This document shows, in pieces, positions 23,472 to 36,159 of a stretch of DNA of 64,000 nt. Source of the stretch: Octopus bimaculoides (taxonomy: Eukaryota); assembly GCF_001194135.2 (NCBI RefSeq), contig NC_068990.1, positions 16,426,276 through 16,490,275 of the forward strand, written 5' to 3'. A program made the position numbers and the translations under genes. Positions within the stretch are counted from its first letter, which is position 1. Every line of letters starts with the position of its first letter. Under the pieces are notes generated by a model. It worked only from the letters and a program-made list of their open reading frames with translations, did no database searches and had not been told where the DNA came from.

Positions 23472-24260
23472 AGTTGTGTGAGAAACAAGTAGGTAAGATG
23501 ATGGCAGCATAGAAATATCTTAAAGTCTCTGTTAAATAGGGTGATAAGATTTATCAGTTGAATTTGATAAGTAAGAGATTTATGCCTTGTTAGAGAAGCA
23601 AAGAAATTATGAGTAAGATGAGGGATCATTGTGAACGAAAATGACTCACAATCTAAGAGTACCCAAGATGACTTTTGTGAAAATCAAAAATTCAAGGTTT
23701 TTAAAGTCACACAAAGAACTTCAAGACTCTCTCAGGATTTTGGTGCTAAAATTAAGAAAGTCCCTTTGATTTGTGCTGATGCCACTCATATCCATCAACA
23801 AATGAAATTCTCTGGAATATAAGTTAGTAGATATGATGTCAGTTGCATGGGTTCAATATGGTAGATTTTATTAGAGCCAGGAATGCAATGAGATCAAATC
23901 CAAAATGTGATCTGTTACAGATATCATTATCAAGTGTATTACAAGTTAATCTATAGACTCAGTTTTTAACAACATAACAGTGTTAATAAGAATGATTATA
24001 ATAATTAGTGAGCCACATGAAACTTCCACATTTTAATCATTATTTTTAATCTGTTTTGATGCCTATACAGTTGGATAGTGTTTATTGAGATATATTTCCT
24101 ATGGCTGGATGTCTTTCTTGTCACCAACTTTCACCTATTTCCAAGCAAGGTAATATTTCTCCAAAGCCAGACATTGCAGAGCACTGGAAATGAATGAAAC
24201 TGTTTGTATGACAGTGACAATCATTTTATAACTATCGTGTGATTCCAGACAATGAAGCAC

Positions 24261-24336
<76 letters not shown>

Positions 24337-24376
24337 NNNNNNNNNNNNNNNNNNNNNNNNNNNNNNNNNNNNNNNN

Positions 24377-24436
<60 letters not shown>

Positions 24437-24576
24437 TGTATGTATGTATGTATATGTATATATAAAATAGTAAAGACCCCTTTCAGTCATGAATGACCAA
24501 GGGATTGCACCTAGAAAGTTACCCTCCCAGGCACAAGTCCAGGCAAGGTTGTTTATGGAAGNNNNNNNNNNATCAT

Positions 24577-24613
<37 letters not shown>

Positions 24614-24923
24614 GTTTAATGTCTGTTTTCCACACTGGCATGGGTTGGACGTTTTGACTGAGGTCTGGAAACCAGTGGCTCCACCAGGCTCCATATATAT
24701 ATATACATGAATGCATACATATAAATATACATGTGATGGGCTCCCACACAGTTTCTGAATCCAAAATACATTCACAAGATATTGGACTTGGTCCAGGGTT
24801 ATAGAAGACACTTGCCTAAGTTGGTGTGCAGTAGGTCTGAACTCAAACCCACATGGTTGCAAAGCAAGCTTCTTAACCATACAGCCATGTCGTATATATA
24901 TATAAATGTTGCCCGTGCACATG

Positions 24924-24961
<38 letters not shown>

Positions 24962-24975
24962 GAAATATAATAAAA

Positions 24976-25370
24976 GGCGCAGGAGTAGCTATGTGGTAAG
25001 AAGCTTACTTCTCAACCCCATGGTTTGGGGTTCAGTCCCACTGCACGGCACCTTAGGTAAGTGTCTTCTACTATAGCCTTGGGCCAACTAAAGCCTTGTG
25101 AGTGGATTTGGTAGATGGAAACTGAAAGAAGCCCACCATATGTATATATATATATGCTTGTTTGTATGTGTTTGTCACCCCACCATCACTTGACAATGGA
25201 TGTTGGTGTGTTTATGTCCTTGTAACTTAGCGGCTTGTCAAAAGAGACCAATAGAATAAGTATTAGGCTTACAAAGAATAAATCTTGGGGTTGATTTGTC
25301 CAACTAAAGGCGGTGCACCAGCATGGCCACAGTCAAATGACTGAAACACGTAAAAGAATAAAAGAATAAA
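24976..25370 (+). mobile_element. Near full-length SINE family A
   Basis: ggcgcaggagtagctatgtggtaag...ggttcagtccc head, conserved body, (aaagaata)n tail. Confidence 0.85.
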
Positions 25371-25439
25371 AGTATATCATCATCATCATCATCATCATTT
25401 AATGTCTGTTTTCCATGCTGGCATGGGTTGGACAAATAA

Positions 25440-25697
25440 AGCACCAAAACACCATTTTGAGCCTGGCTGTTGCCAGTACCGCGTGACTGGCCCTTGTGCC
25501 GGTGGCACGTAAAAGCACCCACTACACGCTTGGAGTGGTTGGCATTAGGAAGGGCATCCAGCTGTAGAAACTCTGTCAGATCAGATTGGAGCCTGGTGCA
25601 GCCATCCGGTTCACCAGGCCTCAGTCAAATCGTCCAACCCATGCTAGCATGGAAAGCGGATGTTAAACGATGATGATGATGATGATGATGATGATGA
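25440..25697 (+). mobile_element. RTE 3'-UTR-derived short element with (GAT)n tail
   Basis: Same sequence as the 3' ends of the RTE copies at 17100-17395 and 41300-41762. Confidence 0.8.
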
Positions 25698-26603
25698 TAT
25701 ATATATATATATATATACAGTATATATATATACTTTTATTCTTTTACTTGTTTTAGTCATTTGACTGCAGCCATGCTGGAGCACTGCCTTTAGTCGAACA
25801 CATTGACCCCAAGACTTATTCTTTGTAAGCCTAGTACTTATTCTATCAGTCACTTTTGCCGAGCCACTGAGTTATGGGGACGTAAACACACCAACATCAG
25901 TTGTCAAGCGATGGTGGGGAACAAAAACAGACACACAAATATATACATATATATATACTGATATATAATTACAGCAAAACAGTGTGGATAAGCACACCAA
26001 CATACTTGAAATAGATGCTAATAGCTCTATAAACCACATATTATTTTACTCTGTTAGTACAGGCTGAAAGCAGGCTGGTAGATCAATCAGATTTTAAAAA
26101 GAAGGGTTACCCATAGATTGATTTCTGCCTTAGGGAAGCAATTTCCCCCTGCTGTCTTCAGTATGGGATGCCGAAAGAATATACATGTAGATATTTATAC
26201 ATATCATATGATCAAGTTATATCCACACCAATATGTACATACATCTACACATATATACTATTTAAATCTAATTCCTTCAGCACAAACCATGTGCTTTTAT
26301 GATCAAAATAAATACTGCAGTAAATATAAATTGATCAGGAGTAATTATACATATTTATTTATAATTAATTAATTAAGGATAAAACTATTTAATGATTCTG
26401 TCAAGTGGCCAGCATGTTAATTCCATTTAGGTAAATATTTATCCTGATACATAATTATATAATTATAGCAAAAGGGTGTGGATAAGCACACCAACATACT
26501 TGAAATAGATGCTAATAGTAATTTGATGCAGGTAATTTATCCTGTCCCTCTCCGACTTTTAGTTCTTGCACTTGAAAAAAAAATGCATTATTTATGGGAT
26601 GAC

Positions 26604-26640
<37 letters not shown>

Positions 26641-28431
26641 GGCTTCTTTCAGCTTCCATCTACCAAACCCACTCACAAGGCTTTGGTTGGCCTGAGGCTA
26701 TGCCAGAAAGGCACTTGCCCAAGTTGCCATGCAGTGGGATTGAACCTAGAACCATGTAGTTAGGAAGCAAACTTCTTACCACACAACCAGTTGTTGTTAT
26801 TGTTGTTGTCATTATTACTATGGTTGTGACTAATAAGTAGCTTATCATGATATTACCTTTTAAAATGTTTTTAATATTTAAATAAGAGTCAAAGGCTAAG
26901 AAAATGTCCCCTGTATCCATATAAAAATTTTTAAGTGCTCCCTCCTTCAACAAACTGGGAAGGCACAACTCATTTTGAAAAACACTACTCTAAGTTGATA
27001 TATATTTCAAACACTGGGTATATGATGACTGTTTATAGTAAGGGCAAGGAAACATTGTACTATAAGAAGTGACTCAGTAGTGCATAAAAACCTGTGGTAG
27101 TGCATTTTTACCAAGAAGAAGAATGAAGTTTCAGTTTTAAAATTTATAGATATGCAGCTGTCATCTGTCATATGATGGGTAACTTTGGAAATATATATTC
27201 ACTGCCATGAGTAATGTCAGAAAATATAGCATACAAACAATAAATTTAATTTATCTTTTATCATATTTCTTGGTCCTTATACAGAATGATGAAATGAATA
27301 CTAATTTTCAAATGAAGAATATTTACTATGTAAAATAAAATTAAATGAAACAAATTTCTCATTTGCATAACTCCTTCCATCCTACTTTGTCAATTAATCT
27401 CTCCTCCTCTATGATTCTGTTGTTCCCAATGTGTGTCTAATGTTCCTTTAGTCCAGTGGTTCTTAATCTGGGGTCATGACCCCTGGGGGGAGTTGTTTGG
27501 GGTTTCTCGGGGGGTTCATGGAAGGTTTGAGAAAACGTAGTTTATTTCATGTATTTGAGGTATTGCATTGCAGCTGTATTACAGTGTCATGCATTGCAGC
27601 CACTAACAGTATCATGACTGTATGTGCTTTGCTCCTGCTCTGTGACTCCCATGACACTTTACATTCCAAGACTCACTTATTAGTTCTCAGCTACACTGCT
27701 GTTTATTAATCTCTGGTCACATGATTACACAAGCTTGTCTGTGATTGGTGTGCTAGAATGAGTGTGGTGTTGTGTTAATTTGTGTGTTGCTGTGTTGCTT
27801 AGTGCACAGCTGTGTTGTAAAGGTGAGTGTTGTATTTGCCTGTGCCTTGTCAAGTGGTTTAATTCAGCGTTGTTGTGTCTATTATTTTGTGATTTTGCTT
27901 ACTATACTTATTTAATACACTTGANNNNNNNNNNNNNNNNNNNNNNNNNNNNNNNNNNNNNNNNNNNNNNNNNNNNNNNNNNNNNNNNNNNNNNNNNNNN
28001 NNNNNNNNNNNNNNNNNNNNNNNNNNNNNNNNNNNNNNNNNNNNNNNNNNNNNNNNNNNNNNNNNNNNNNNNNNNNNNNNNNNNNNNNNNNNNNNNNNNN
28101 NNNNNNNNNNNNNNNNNNNNNNNNNNNNNNNNNNNNNNGCACAGCTGTGTTGTAAAGGTGAGTGTTGTATTTGCCTGTGCCTTGTCAAGTGGTTTAATTC
28201 AGCGTTGTTGTGTCTATTATTTTGTGATTTTGCTTACTATACTTATTTAATACACTTGATAATGCAATATTTACATTGTATACTGAGTTCTTATTTTCTC
28301 TTCATGTCTGCAAGTTTCTGAAACAGATTTTTTATTTTCTTTGCAGATACACTTTTGTTTCCTGTTTGCAGTAAGTCTGTCAAGAAGCATACATACAATG
28401 AAGCCTTTCTCAAAATGGGTTTCACAATTAT

Positions 28432-28559
28432 CTGGCATTAGGAAGGGCATCCAGTTGCAGAAACTCTGCCAAATCAGATTGGAGCCTGGTGTAGCCACCT
28501 GGTTCACCAGTCCTCAGTCAAATCGTCCAACCCATGCTAGCATGGAAAGCGGACGTTAA

Positions 28560-28610
<51 letters not shown>

Positions 28611-28620
28611 GTGATGATGA
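28432..28620 (+). mobile_element. RTE-tail element inserted in the hAT
   Basis: ggcattaggaagggcatccag...ggacgttaaat(gat)n. Confidence 0.8.
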
Positions 28621-28893
28621 ACTCTTTGGTCAAGCCACAATGCATCATTTGCACCAAAGTTTTGAGTTACAAAAGTATGAAGCCAAGCAAACTTAAGTCT
28701 CATTTTGAGTCTTGCCACAGCCAACTGATAGACGAAAGCTTGAACTATTTCAAGCAAAAAGAAGCTTCTCTGAAGGCCAGTCACATTGATCCCACTGGTC
28801 ACTTTGCTTGTCAGAACAAAGCAGTGCTGGAGGCTTCTTACAGATTTGCTTTAAAAATCATGTAGACCAAGAAGCCACATATCATCTGATTAA

Positions 28894-29110
28894 TCCTTTT
28901 GTTACTGTATTTATTTTGAGATGCTCTGTGTTTCTTTAAATTACTTTAAATATAACAAAGAATTTAGTAAAATAACTTAATCATTCAGCTAGTGTTAGGA
29001 ACATAAATTGTGACTAAGGTTTGGTGGAAGATTTTAATTCAAAACTTATGAAAACAAGATATTTGTACTCAGAGCCAGAGCCGGTTTCAGCTGGGTTGGT
29101 AACAAAAGGG
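28894..29110. mobile_element. piggyBac-like MITE with TTAA target duplication inside the hAT ORF
   Basis: TTAA(28890-93) tccttttgttac ... gtaacaaaaggg TTAA(29111-14). Removing it restores CTG ATT AAG CCT TGC (LIKPC) of the transposase. Confidence 0.85.
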
Positions 29111-29641
29111 TTAAGCCTTGCATTCTGGAAGCAATGAAGGTGATTCTTGGAGAACAGCAGGCACATCAGTTGAGGGCAATTTCCCTTTCAAATGATACAG
29201 TCAAAAATCAGATCTTGGACATGAGTGAGAATATTCTATTGCAAGTGGTGACTGCTGTGAAGAGTAGTCCTGTGTATTCATTGCAACTAGATGAGTCAAC
29301 AGATGTTGCCTCATGTTCCCAATTCCTTGTTCATGTTCACTACCTTGACAGAGAAGTTATGAATGAAGAGTACTTGTTCTCTGAGCCAGTGGCCACAACT
29401 ACTCGTAGAGAAGATATTTCCAAAATTCTAGAAGCCTTTCTCATTGAACAAGGGCTGAGCTGGGAAGCACTTGTTGGTCTGTATACAGATGAGGCTCTTT
29501 CAATGATTGGTTGCAAATCCAGTTTCAAAGCCTTTGTGAAGAATGTTGCTCCATATGTTTCCTTCACTGATTGCATGATTCATTGTTATACTTTGGCAAT
29601 GAAGTCTCTCTCACCTGGACTTCAAGAAGTGCTCACAAATG

Positions 29642-29722
<81 letters not shown>

Positions 29723-29812
29723 CATGCACACACACACACACACATGCATGCACACACACACATGCAGGCACATACATACACACGCACACACACAAACACA
29801 CACTCATACACA
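29642..29812. repeat. (CA)n compound microsatellite
   Basis: Direct reading. Confidence 0.95.
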
Positions 29813-30890
29813 TATGAGGGTTCTACTAAAAGTAATAAAACTGACATAGGTAATTCAAATTGAAGATGTCAGTAGAGTAACTCTTCATGTACACAAAAGT
29901 ACTACTTAACACAGTTTCCATCATAAGTGATGTATTTGTGCCATTGTTGAACTGTCTTTTCAAATCCTCTATGAAAAATTCAGATGTACACTGTTGTGCC
30001 TGCTTTTTCACAACTACTTTCACATTGTCTGTGCCATTAAATCATTGTCTCCAAAGATTGCCCTAACATTGAACTGAACAAGTAGAGGTCAAATAGCCCC
30101 AGATCTATGTTGTGTGGTAGATGGGTGACCACTCACCAGCACCATTTGTTGATTGCCTTATTTGTTGCCAAAGATGTATGTGGTCACATAATGTAATAGG
30201 GAAAGTAGATAATTTTCTGATTCTTATTTGGTGTCTTCCTCCTAATGGCTTCTCTATGTTTTTTAGAATATCTCACTGTATCACATGCTGTTCATGGTAA
30301 GCCACATTCCAGAAAATCAAGGAGAGTAACACCTTTTTCAATGACAAAAAGCAGTTGCCATGGTTTTTTTAACCAATCATACGCTTTTGAACTTCTTAGG
30401 CCTTAGGAAAGTGTAACACCATTCCAAGACTGAGCTTTCATTTCCAGATCATAAAGATACTCATTTTTCATCCCCTATCACCAGATCCAGAAAAAAATAA
30501 ATAAACGTGTTTTCATTAGTTTCAAATGCTTTCAGTAGATCAGAGAAAACCTCCACACTTCTATTCTTCAAATTCGATGTCAACTGCCAAGGTACTCGCT
30601 TTTCATACATTTTCTGATACCCAAAGTCTTCCACCGTAATGCAAGATGTCTAGTTATGTAGCAAGCTCACAAGAGAAATGCAACACAACTTGCAGAGACC
30701 TAGGAGAGCTCTACTCAAAATTGAATTTTCTCACCTTTAAATAACTGTTGGTCAAAAAGATTCTAAAATTTGTTTGGTGGGAAAACTTGCATGCTTTCTA
30801 TGAAGTTGCTGCCTTAGTCATAAATAAGTCAGCCAATGCCGATAGTCAAACCATATTTTCTTGGTGCTAATTCTTTTTATGACAACTCTT
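29813..30890 (-). mobile_element. Degraded mariner transposon
   Basis: TA plus tgagggttctactaaaagt terminus. Minus-strand remnants KGVTLLDFLE, PHT, HLPHNIDLG-x-FD (degenerate HPPYSPDLAP) and VKVVVKKQAQQCTSEFFIE. The right TIR is degenerate near 30865-30890. Confidence 0.7.
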
Positions 30891-31471
30891 TTCATTTCAT
30901 GGAAAATACAGAGGTCTTGATTCTAGACAGGAAAAAACTGAGAACTATGGTTCAAATCTCAGCTTGGTTCCCACTACAAGTCCAGCATGTTTTTTGTCAT
31001 GGAAAAGTTAGCTGCTTCATGAAGTATAATGCTTCAGGCGCAATTCTTTTACTAAATTCATCACAAATGGTACCAAACCATAACAATTTTCTTCAATATT
31101 TCTCTTGTATTTCTTCATTTCAGTTGATATCCATCTTTGAAAATCTTAAATGTTTCAATCCATCCATTATCATGTTCTCAATTATTACATTTTCTCTCCC
31201 ATTTAAAGCCATAAAATAAAACATTTGCTGATCTCTTTTGTAAATGATCAATTAAAACTTGTTCAGCTGTGAAAGAAATCTGTAACTTTCTAACCAAGAT
31301 TTTAGAAGATATTCTAAATAGAGTTGTCAGAATGTTTCTTACAGTCTATGGTGTGTTTCTTGCTGTCTATTCATATCATTACTTTAATTCTTTCCTTTTT
31401 TTGTTTTTCTTGTCACAAACCATCATTTGTTTCCTCAGATANNNNNNNNNNNNNNNNNNNNNNNNNNNNNN

Positions 31472-31812
31472 ATCCCAGGACTTATTCTTTGTAAGCCTAG
31501 TACTTATTCTATCGGTCTCTTTTGCCGAACCACTAAGTTACAGGGACATAAACACACCAGCATCGGTTGTCAAGCGATGTTGGGGGGGGGGGACAAACAC
31601 AGACACACAAACATATATACACACACACACATATATATATACATATATACAACAGGCTTCTTTCAGTTTCTGTCTACCAAATCCACTCACAAGGCTTTGG
31701 TTGGCCCGAGGCTATAGTAGAAGACACTTGCCCAAGGTGCCACACAGTGGGACTGAACCCAGAACCATGTGGTTGGTAAGCAAGCTACTTACCACACAGC
31801 CACTCCTGCGCC
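31472..31812 (-). mobile_element. SINE family A
   Basis: Reverse complement of 24976-25370. Confidence 0.85.
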
Positions 31813-31825
31813 TAAAAGATAAGGC

Positions 31826-31886
31826 CTCCCCGGTGGGGTTTTGAACCCCAGTCTCCCGCGTGACAGGTGGTGATACTTACCGAGGA
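31826..31886 (-). pseudogene. tRNA-Asp(GTC) pseudogene with D-arm deletion
   Basis: TCCTC-GGTAAGTATCACCACCTGTCACGCGGGAGACTGGGGTTCAAAACCCCACCGGGGAG aligns to eukaryotic tRNA-Asp. It lacks GTTAGTATAGT (A box), has anticodon-stem mismatches and a mutated B box; TTTT lies a few nt downstream. Confidence 0.8.
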
Positions 31887-32465
31887 TAACACTTAGCAAA
31901 AGAAGCTGAAGATCTGTGTAAAAATATAGGATTGGTAGACAGTAAGAAAATATGCAGCCCTATTACCCACTGCATTTCACCACTGCCACATTTTGATTTT
32001 TGTATAAACTAAAGTAAGGCTGTTGTTATCAGTTAAGATCTTTTTAATTTTGATCTTAACAAAAAAATAAAGAAAGAACTGCAGTAAAAATACAGGATTG
32101 GTAGACTTCAAGAAAACATGCAGTATCCATTGCATTTCATCACTGTTCCCACCAATGTATTTCAGTGTTAGGAGATAAACAGCTGAAGGTCATTCATATT
32201 TCTCATGACCTAGTATGCATTCACAAGCATTTATAGCCATGTTTACAGCACAAGCATTGTGTGACATTCATCAATTCATCTTCTTCCACACTATATTAAT
32301 GCTGGGTCTTTAACCAATATAAGAAACCATTATTATTATTCAGCATTCAGTATTATTATTATTCAGTTATATTCACTGTATTGAAAGTGCTTTATGTAGG
32401 ATGTGTGCAGAGCCTAGTAGTGTGGTGCCTAGTGTGCAGTGCCTAGTAGTGCTATATATATATAT

Positions 32466-32930
32466 CGAGACCCCCATTGGTCATGAATGACCATGGGATT
32501 GCACCTAGAAAGTTACACTCCGAAGCACAAGTCTAGGCAAGGTTGTTTATGGAAGGCCAGCAGTCGCCCATGTATACCAGCCTCCCCTCTCCACACCACT
32601 GATGTTATCCAAGGGAAAGGCTAAGGCCGATACAGCTTGACACCAGTGACGTCGCAACTCATTTCTACAGCTGAGTGAACTGAAGCAACGTGAAATAAAG
32701 TGTCTTGCTCAAGAACACAACACGCAGCCTGGTCTGGGAATCGAACTTACCTCACAATCGTAAGCTTGACACTCTAACCACTGAGCCATGTGCCTTCACA
32801 CACACACACACATATATTCATGCTATTTTCTGTATGTTTGCTCAAGAACACAACACGCAGCCCGGTCCGGGAATCGAACTTACAACCTCACAACCGTAAG
32901 CTTGACACTCTAACCACTGAGCCATGTGCC

Positions 32931-32935
<5 letters not shown>
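32466..32935 (-). mobile_element. SINE family D with tandemly duplicated head
   Basis: tRNA-like head (gtgaaggcacatggctcagtggttagagtgtcaagc...gttcgattccc) occurs twice (about 32705-32800 and 32840-32935). Related copies at 24470-24560 and 55070-55395. Confidence 0.75.
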
Positions 32936-32977
<42 letters not shown>

Positions 32978-33039
32978 TCATGCTATTTTCTGTATGTTAT
33001 ATATATTAATTTATTTTCTATATGTTATATGTATTCATG

Positions 33040-33190
33040 AAGGTAGCAAGTTGGCAGAATCATTAGCATGCTGAGCAGAAGGCTAACCAGCATTTCATCC
33101 ATCTTCATGTTCTGAGTTCAAATTCTATGGAGGTCAACTTTGTCTTTCATCCTTTTAGGGTCAATAAGATAAATAAGTACTAGTTGAGAC
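33040..33190 (+). mobile_element. SINE family B (CpG-decayed copy)
   Basis: gttctgagttcaaattctatggaggtcaactttgtctttcatccttttagggtcaataag. Confidence 0.75.
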
Positions 33191-33194
33191 TTTT

Positions 33195-33790
33195 TCTGGG
33201 ATATGCCTATGTCATCTCTTTTTCTGTTATCATTCCATAGCATTGGCATAGCTTCCAGCGCATATAGGTCTCAACTCTGTCGTGTCTGTGGATATATTCC
33301 TTTTTAGCCAGGACTGGGAAAATATGATTTATTGCTTCTTCCCCATCACCACATATTCCGCAGTTACTTGTATTTTCCTTCATAATGTGTTTCGGTGGTT
33401 TCTGGTGGGGAGGCTTTGATCTTGAGCTGTAATTAAAAATCCTTATTTCTGCTTTGAGTCCTGAGTTTCTCAACCATTGTTGAGAAAATTCACTTATCTG
33501 TTTAACATATCCCATTATTTGCTATCTAAAGGTTTTTCTTGCTATCATTTTACATGGCATTTTGTTGTTCCGGTTTTAGTTTAGATTTCAGTTGCTTTAC
33601 AACTTTTGTTATTTGCTCTTTTTCTCCATAGTTGTCAGTTACAATGACTTCTTTCTTGTATTTTTCGGCTTTCTTAAAGACAAAAAACAGTTTCTCATTT
33701 TGCTCATGTTTTGTGGCTATGTGTACAAGTTTTTCTTGCTTCTGAGTTAGATATTTCTGCAATCCTATGGTGGTTGTTTTATAGTAGTTT
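33195..33790 (-). mobile_element. R4/Dong-clade non-LTR retrotransposon fragment (CCHC region)
   Basis: CGICGDGEEAINHI...LAKKEYIHRHDRV...WKLCQCYG. Confidence 0.75.
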
Positions 33791-33899
33791 TCTCGGTGTA
33801 TAAGGCCTCTACTACTTTCACCTTGAATATCTTCATCATCGATGTTATTGACTAGTCCCCTCCCACCAAATTTCAGGCCTTGTGCCTATAGTAGAAAGG

Positions 33900-33953
<54 letters not shown>

Positions 33954-34300
33954 TTCTTTGCCCAGCTTCTAATGCTGGAGATGTACTATGGTGTCAGCTG
34001 TTCACTACCAGTGAACTAAGGTAACACCTCTTATTTTTCAAGTACCTTCTAGTGCTGTTTTCTGCAAGTGTTTCACCCTTATTGCAGCCCCTATTTGTTC
34101 CATGTACTCCTTATTGCAGTCTCTATTTGTGCCATCATCATTATCTGTTGGTGTTGACTGGAAAATTCCAGAGGAGAGTGACGTTTTTACCTTCAATGAC
34201 TGGCTCAGGATGATGTTCATACCAGTAAGCAGAAGTGCTAATTTTGTAGTGTTTATATATTTTCCAATATGAATACTGTCATACCATATCATGGCAATTA
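33900..34300 (-). mobile_element. R4/Dong-clade 3' end with (TAA)n tail
   Basis: ...IGAAIRVKHLQKTALEGT (R4-type LQKxxLLGT terminus), short UTR, then (TAA)n at 33900-33952. Confidence 0.65.
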
Positions 34301-35349
34301 TTATTATTTCAAGATAGTGAGCTTTCTTGCATTATTGCAAACCATAAAACATTTTCTGGTGGTGGAACAGATTAGTTTCAACAAAACAAGTATGGGGGTA
34401 TGTCATAAAAGGCAGTGTGTCCTTGCTTGTGGAATTCATCAAGGCAAGGGCAAGGGATAAAGTGATATACCTTTGTTTTTCAATAAACTGAGGGGATTTA
34501 CATATGCTTCAAAGGAGTAGTTGAAAGAAATTATGGTGAACGTGTGAAATGATGCAAGCTCCATCAGCCAACAGGGCATATGAAATTGTGTACTTTTTCA
34601 AGATTGAGAAGACACAGTGTCAGGCAACGCAGGTGTCCCACACACACGTTGATGTCATAGTATATGGGGAGATGCAACACAATGGATGTGGCCAGAGACA
34701 TTCCTATGATTGTTGACTCACGAGTAAGCTCTGAAAAGATATGGAAGCTTTGGCAATCAGTGAAAACCATAAGCTATCCAGGAGCTGTACTCAATTGTGT
34801 GAGTAGAGAGGAATGTAATCAGATGAGAAAGAAAGGGCAGAAAGCCCAGTTGCTTCTGGGAGTAAGAGCCACCAGAGGGATTTCTCCCCAGAAAAGTAGG
34901 AAAAGTAGAAAAGGAAAGAAGTAACAGCAATAGTAGCTCTCAGAAATCCCTGCTCCAAGGGTACCACTGATAGCAACTCCAATGTTAGCAGAAGAAATCA
35001 TTTGATCCTCAGTATCAGGAGCCAAGAACTGGGTTGAGCACTGAGAAGCAGAGGGGTTCTCTCTTCCAGCATAGAGACAACCAGATATTACAACCAATTG
35101 TATCACCATATCATCTTGAAACTTTGGGGATGAACTAGAGGCCTGGTGAAGGGTGGAATGCTATCATGCCGAAAAGAAAACCTAGACACAGTAAAGATGA
35201 ACAAATCCATTCCCAAAACAAGTAAAGTATAAGGAACCTGCTTCCATCTTTTAGGAGAATATGAGGTCCACAGTTCTTCAAATCACCAACAAAGGTCATG
35301 ATTGACTCACTGATGTACACACATTTACAATATACATATACACAAACAT

Positions 35350-35381
<32 letters not shown>

Positions 35382-35603
35382 TGTGTCAATATTCATGCTA
35401 TGAANNNNNNNNNNNNNNNNNNNNNNNNNNNNNNNNNNNNNNNNNNNNNNNNNNNNNNNNNNNNNNNNNNNNNNNNNNNNNNNNNNNNNNNNNNNNNNNN
35501 NNNNNNNNNNNNNNNNNNNNNNNNNNNNNNNNNNNNNNNNNNNNNNNNNNNNNNNNNNNNNNNNNNNNNNNNNNNNNNNNACAATATACATATACACAAA
35601 CAT

Positions 35604-35635
<32 letters not shown>

Positions 35636-36120
35636 TGTGTCAATATTCATGCTATGAAAGTATAATCCAAGTCTTTTGTTTGTAACCATCTCACCCATTT
35701 CCTATGCGCAGGAAACTCAGGTTCATATTATTCACATGTCCATTTCTAAGACAATAGGGTATGATTTGAAGGAAATTTGGCTGCATGAAACAGCAGGGGT
35801 GTTGGACAATATGTGTATTAATTTCTGTTACTTATATTCTGTCTTCCAGTGGTGTTCACCTCATTTTCTGTTCACCTAAGTATCAATAGTACATTTCCAT
35901 CAGTTCAGTTTATTATGTCTTTAAACATGTACTCCTATGCCAATTACTGTAATCAGTATTAGTGCAAGAGAGTAAAGTAAAATTGGCACTCAAATGATTC
36001 ATGTTAAAATTTACAATTTTATTTCATGCTTTTATGGAAGATGCTGCACTGAAGTGTCAAACAGTCAACCAAAATCAAACTTACCCAAACCCTTTTAATT
36101 GCTATCTACATTTTAGTTAC

Positions 36121-36159
<39 letters not shown>

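Larger units (their letters stand above)
27454..29640 (+). mobile_element. hAT (Buster/Charlie-type) transposon, 5' portion, interrupted by nested insertions
   Basis: Terminus CAGTGGTTCTTAATCTGGGG preceded by cttTAgtc (Buster-type nnnTAnnn target). BED-like KPQCIICTKVLS..MKPSKLKSHF..CH, then LSNDTV, YSLQLDESTDV, YTDEALSMIG, CMIH. Confidence 0.9.

Noticed and set aside
27803-28259. About 120-bp direct repeat flanking the N gap
   Set aside because: Identical sequence on both sides of a scaffold gap is most simply an unmerged contig overlap.
28518-28865. Poly-Met / poly-His ORFs and similar HT, CV, ER and YI repeat ORFs across the window
   Set aside because: Translations of (GAT)n, (CA)n, (GA)n and (TA)n microsatellites or runs of N.
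29134-29817. Domesticated ZBED/Buster-derived gene
   Set aside because: The ORF is interrupted by stops, a SINE-like insert, a MITE and a microsatellite, and the catalytic region is truncated.
34560-35300. Further ORFs (34664-34924, 34819-35109)
   Set aside because: Only faint resemblance to a LINE C-terminal zinc-knuckle region; too degraded to call.
35325-35657. About 78-bp direct repeat flanking the N gap
   Set aside because: Same reason: probable assembly artefact at a microsatellite.
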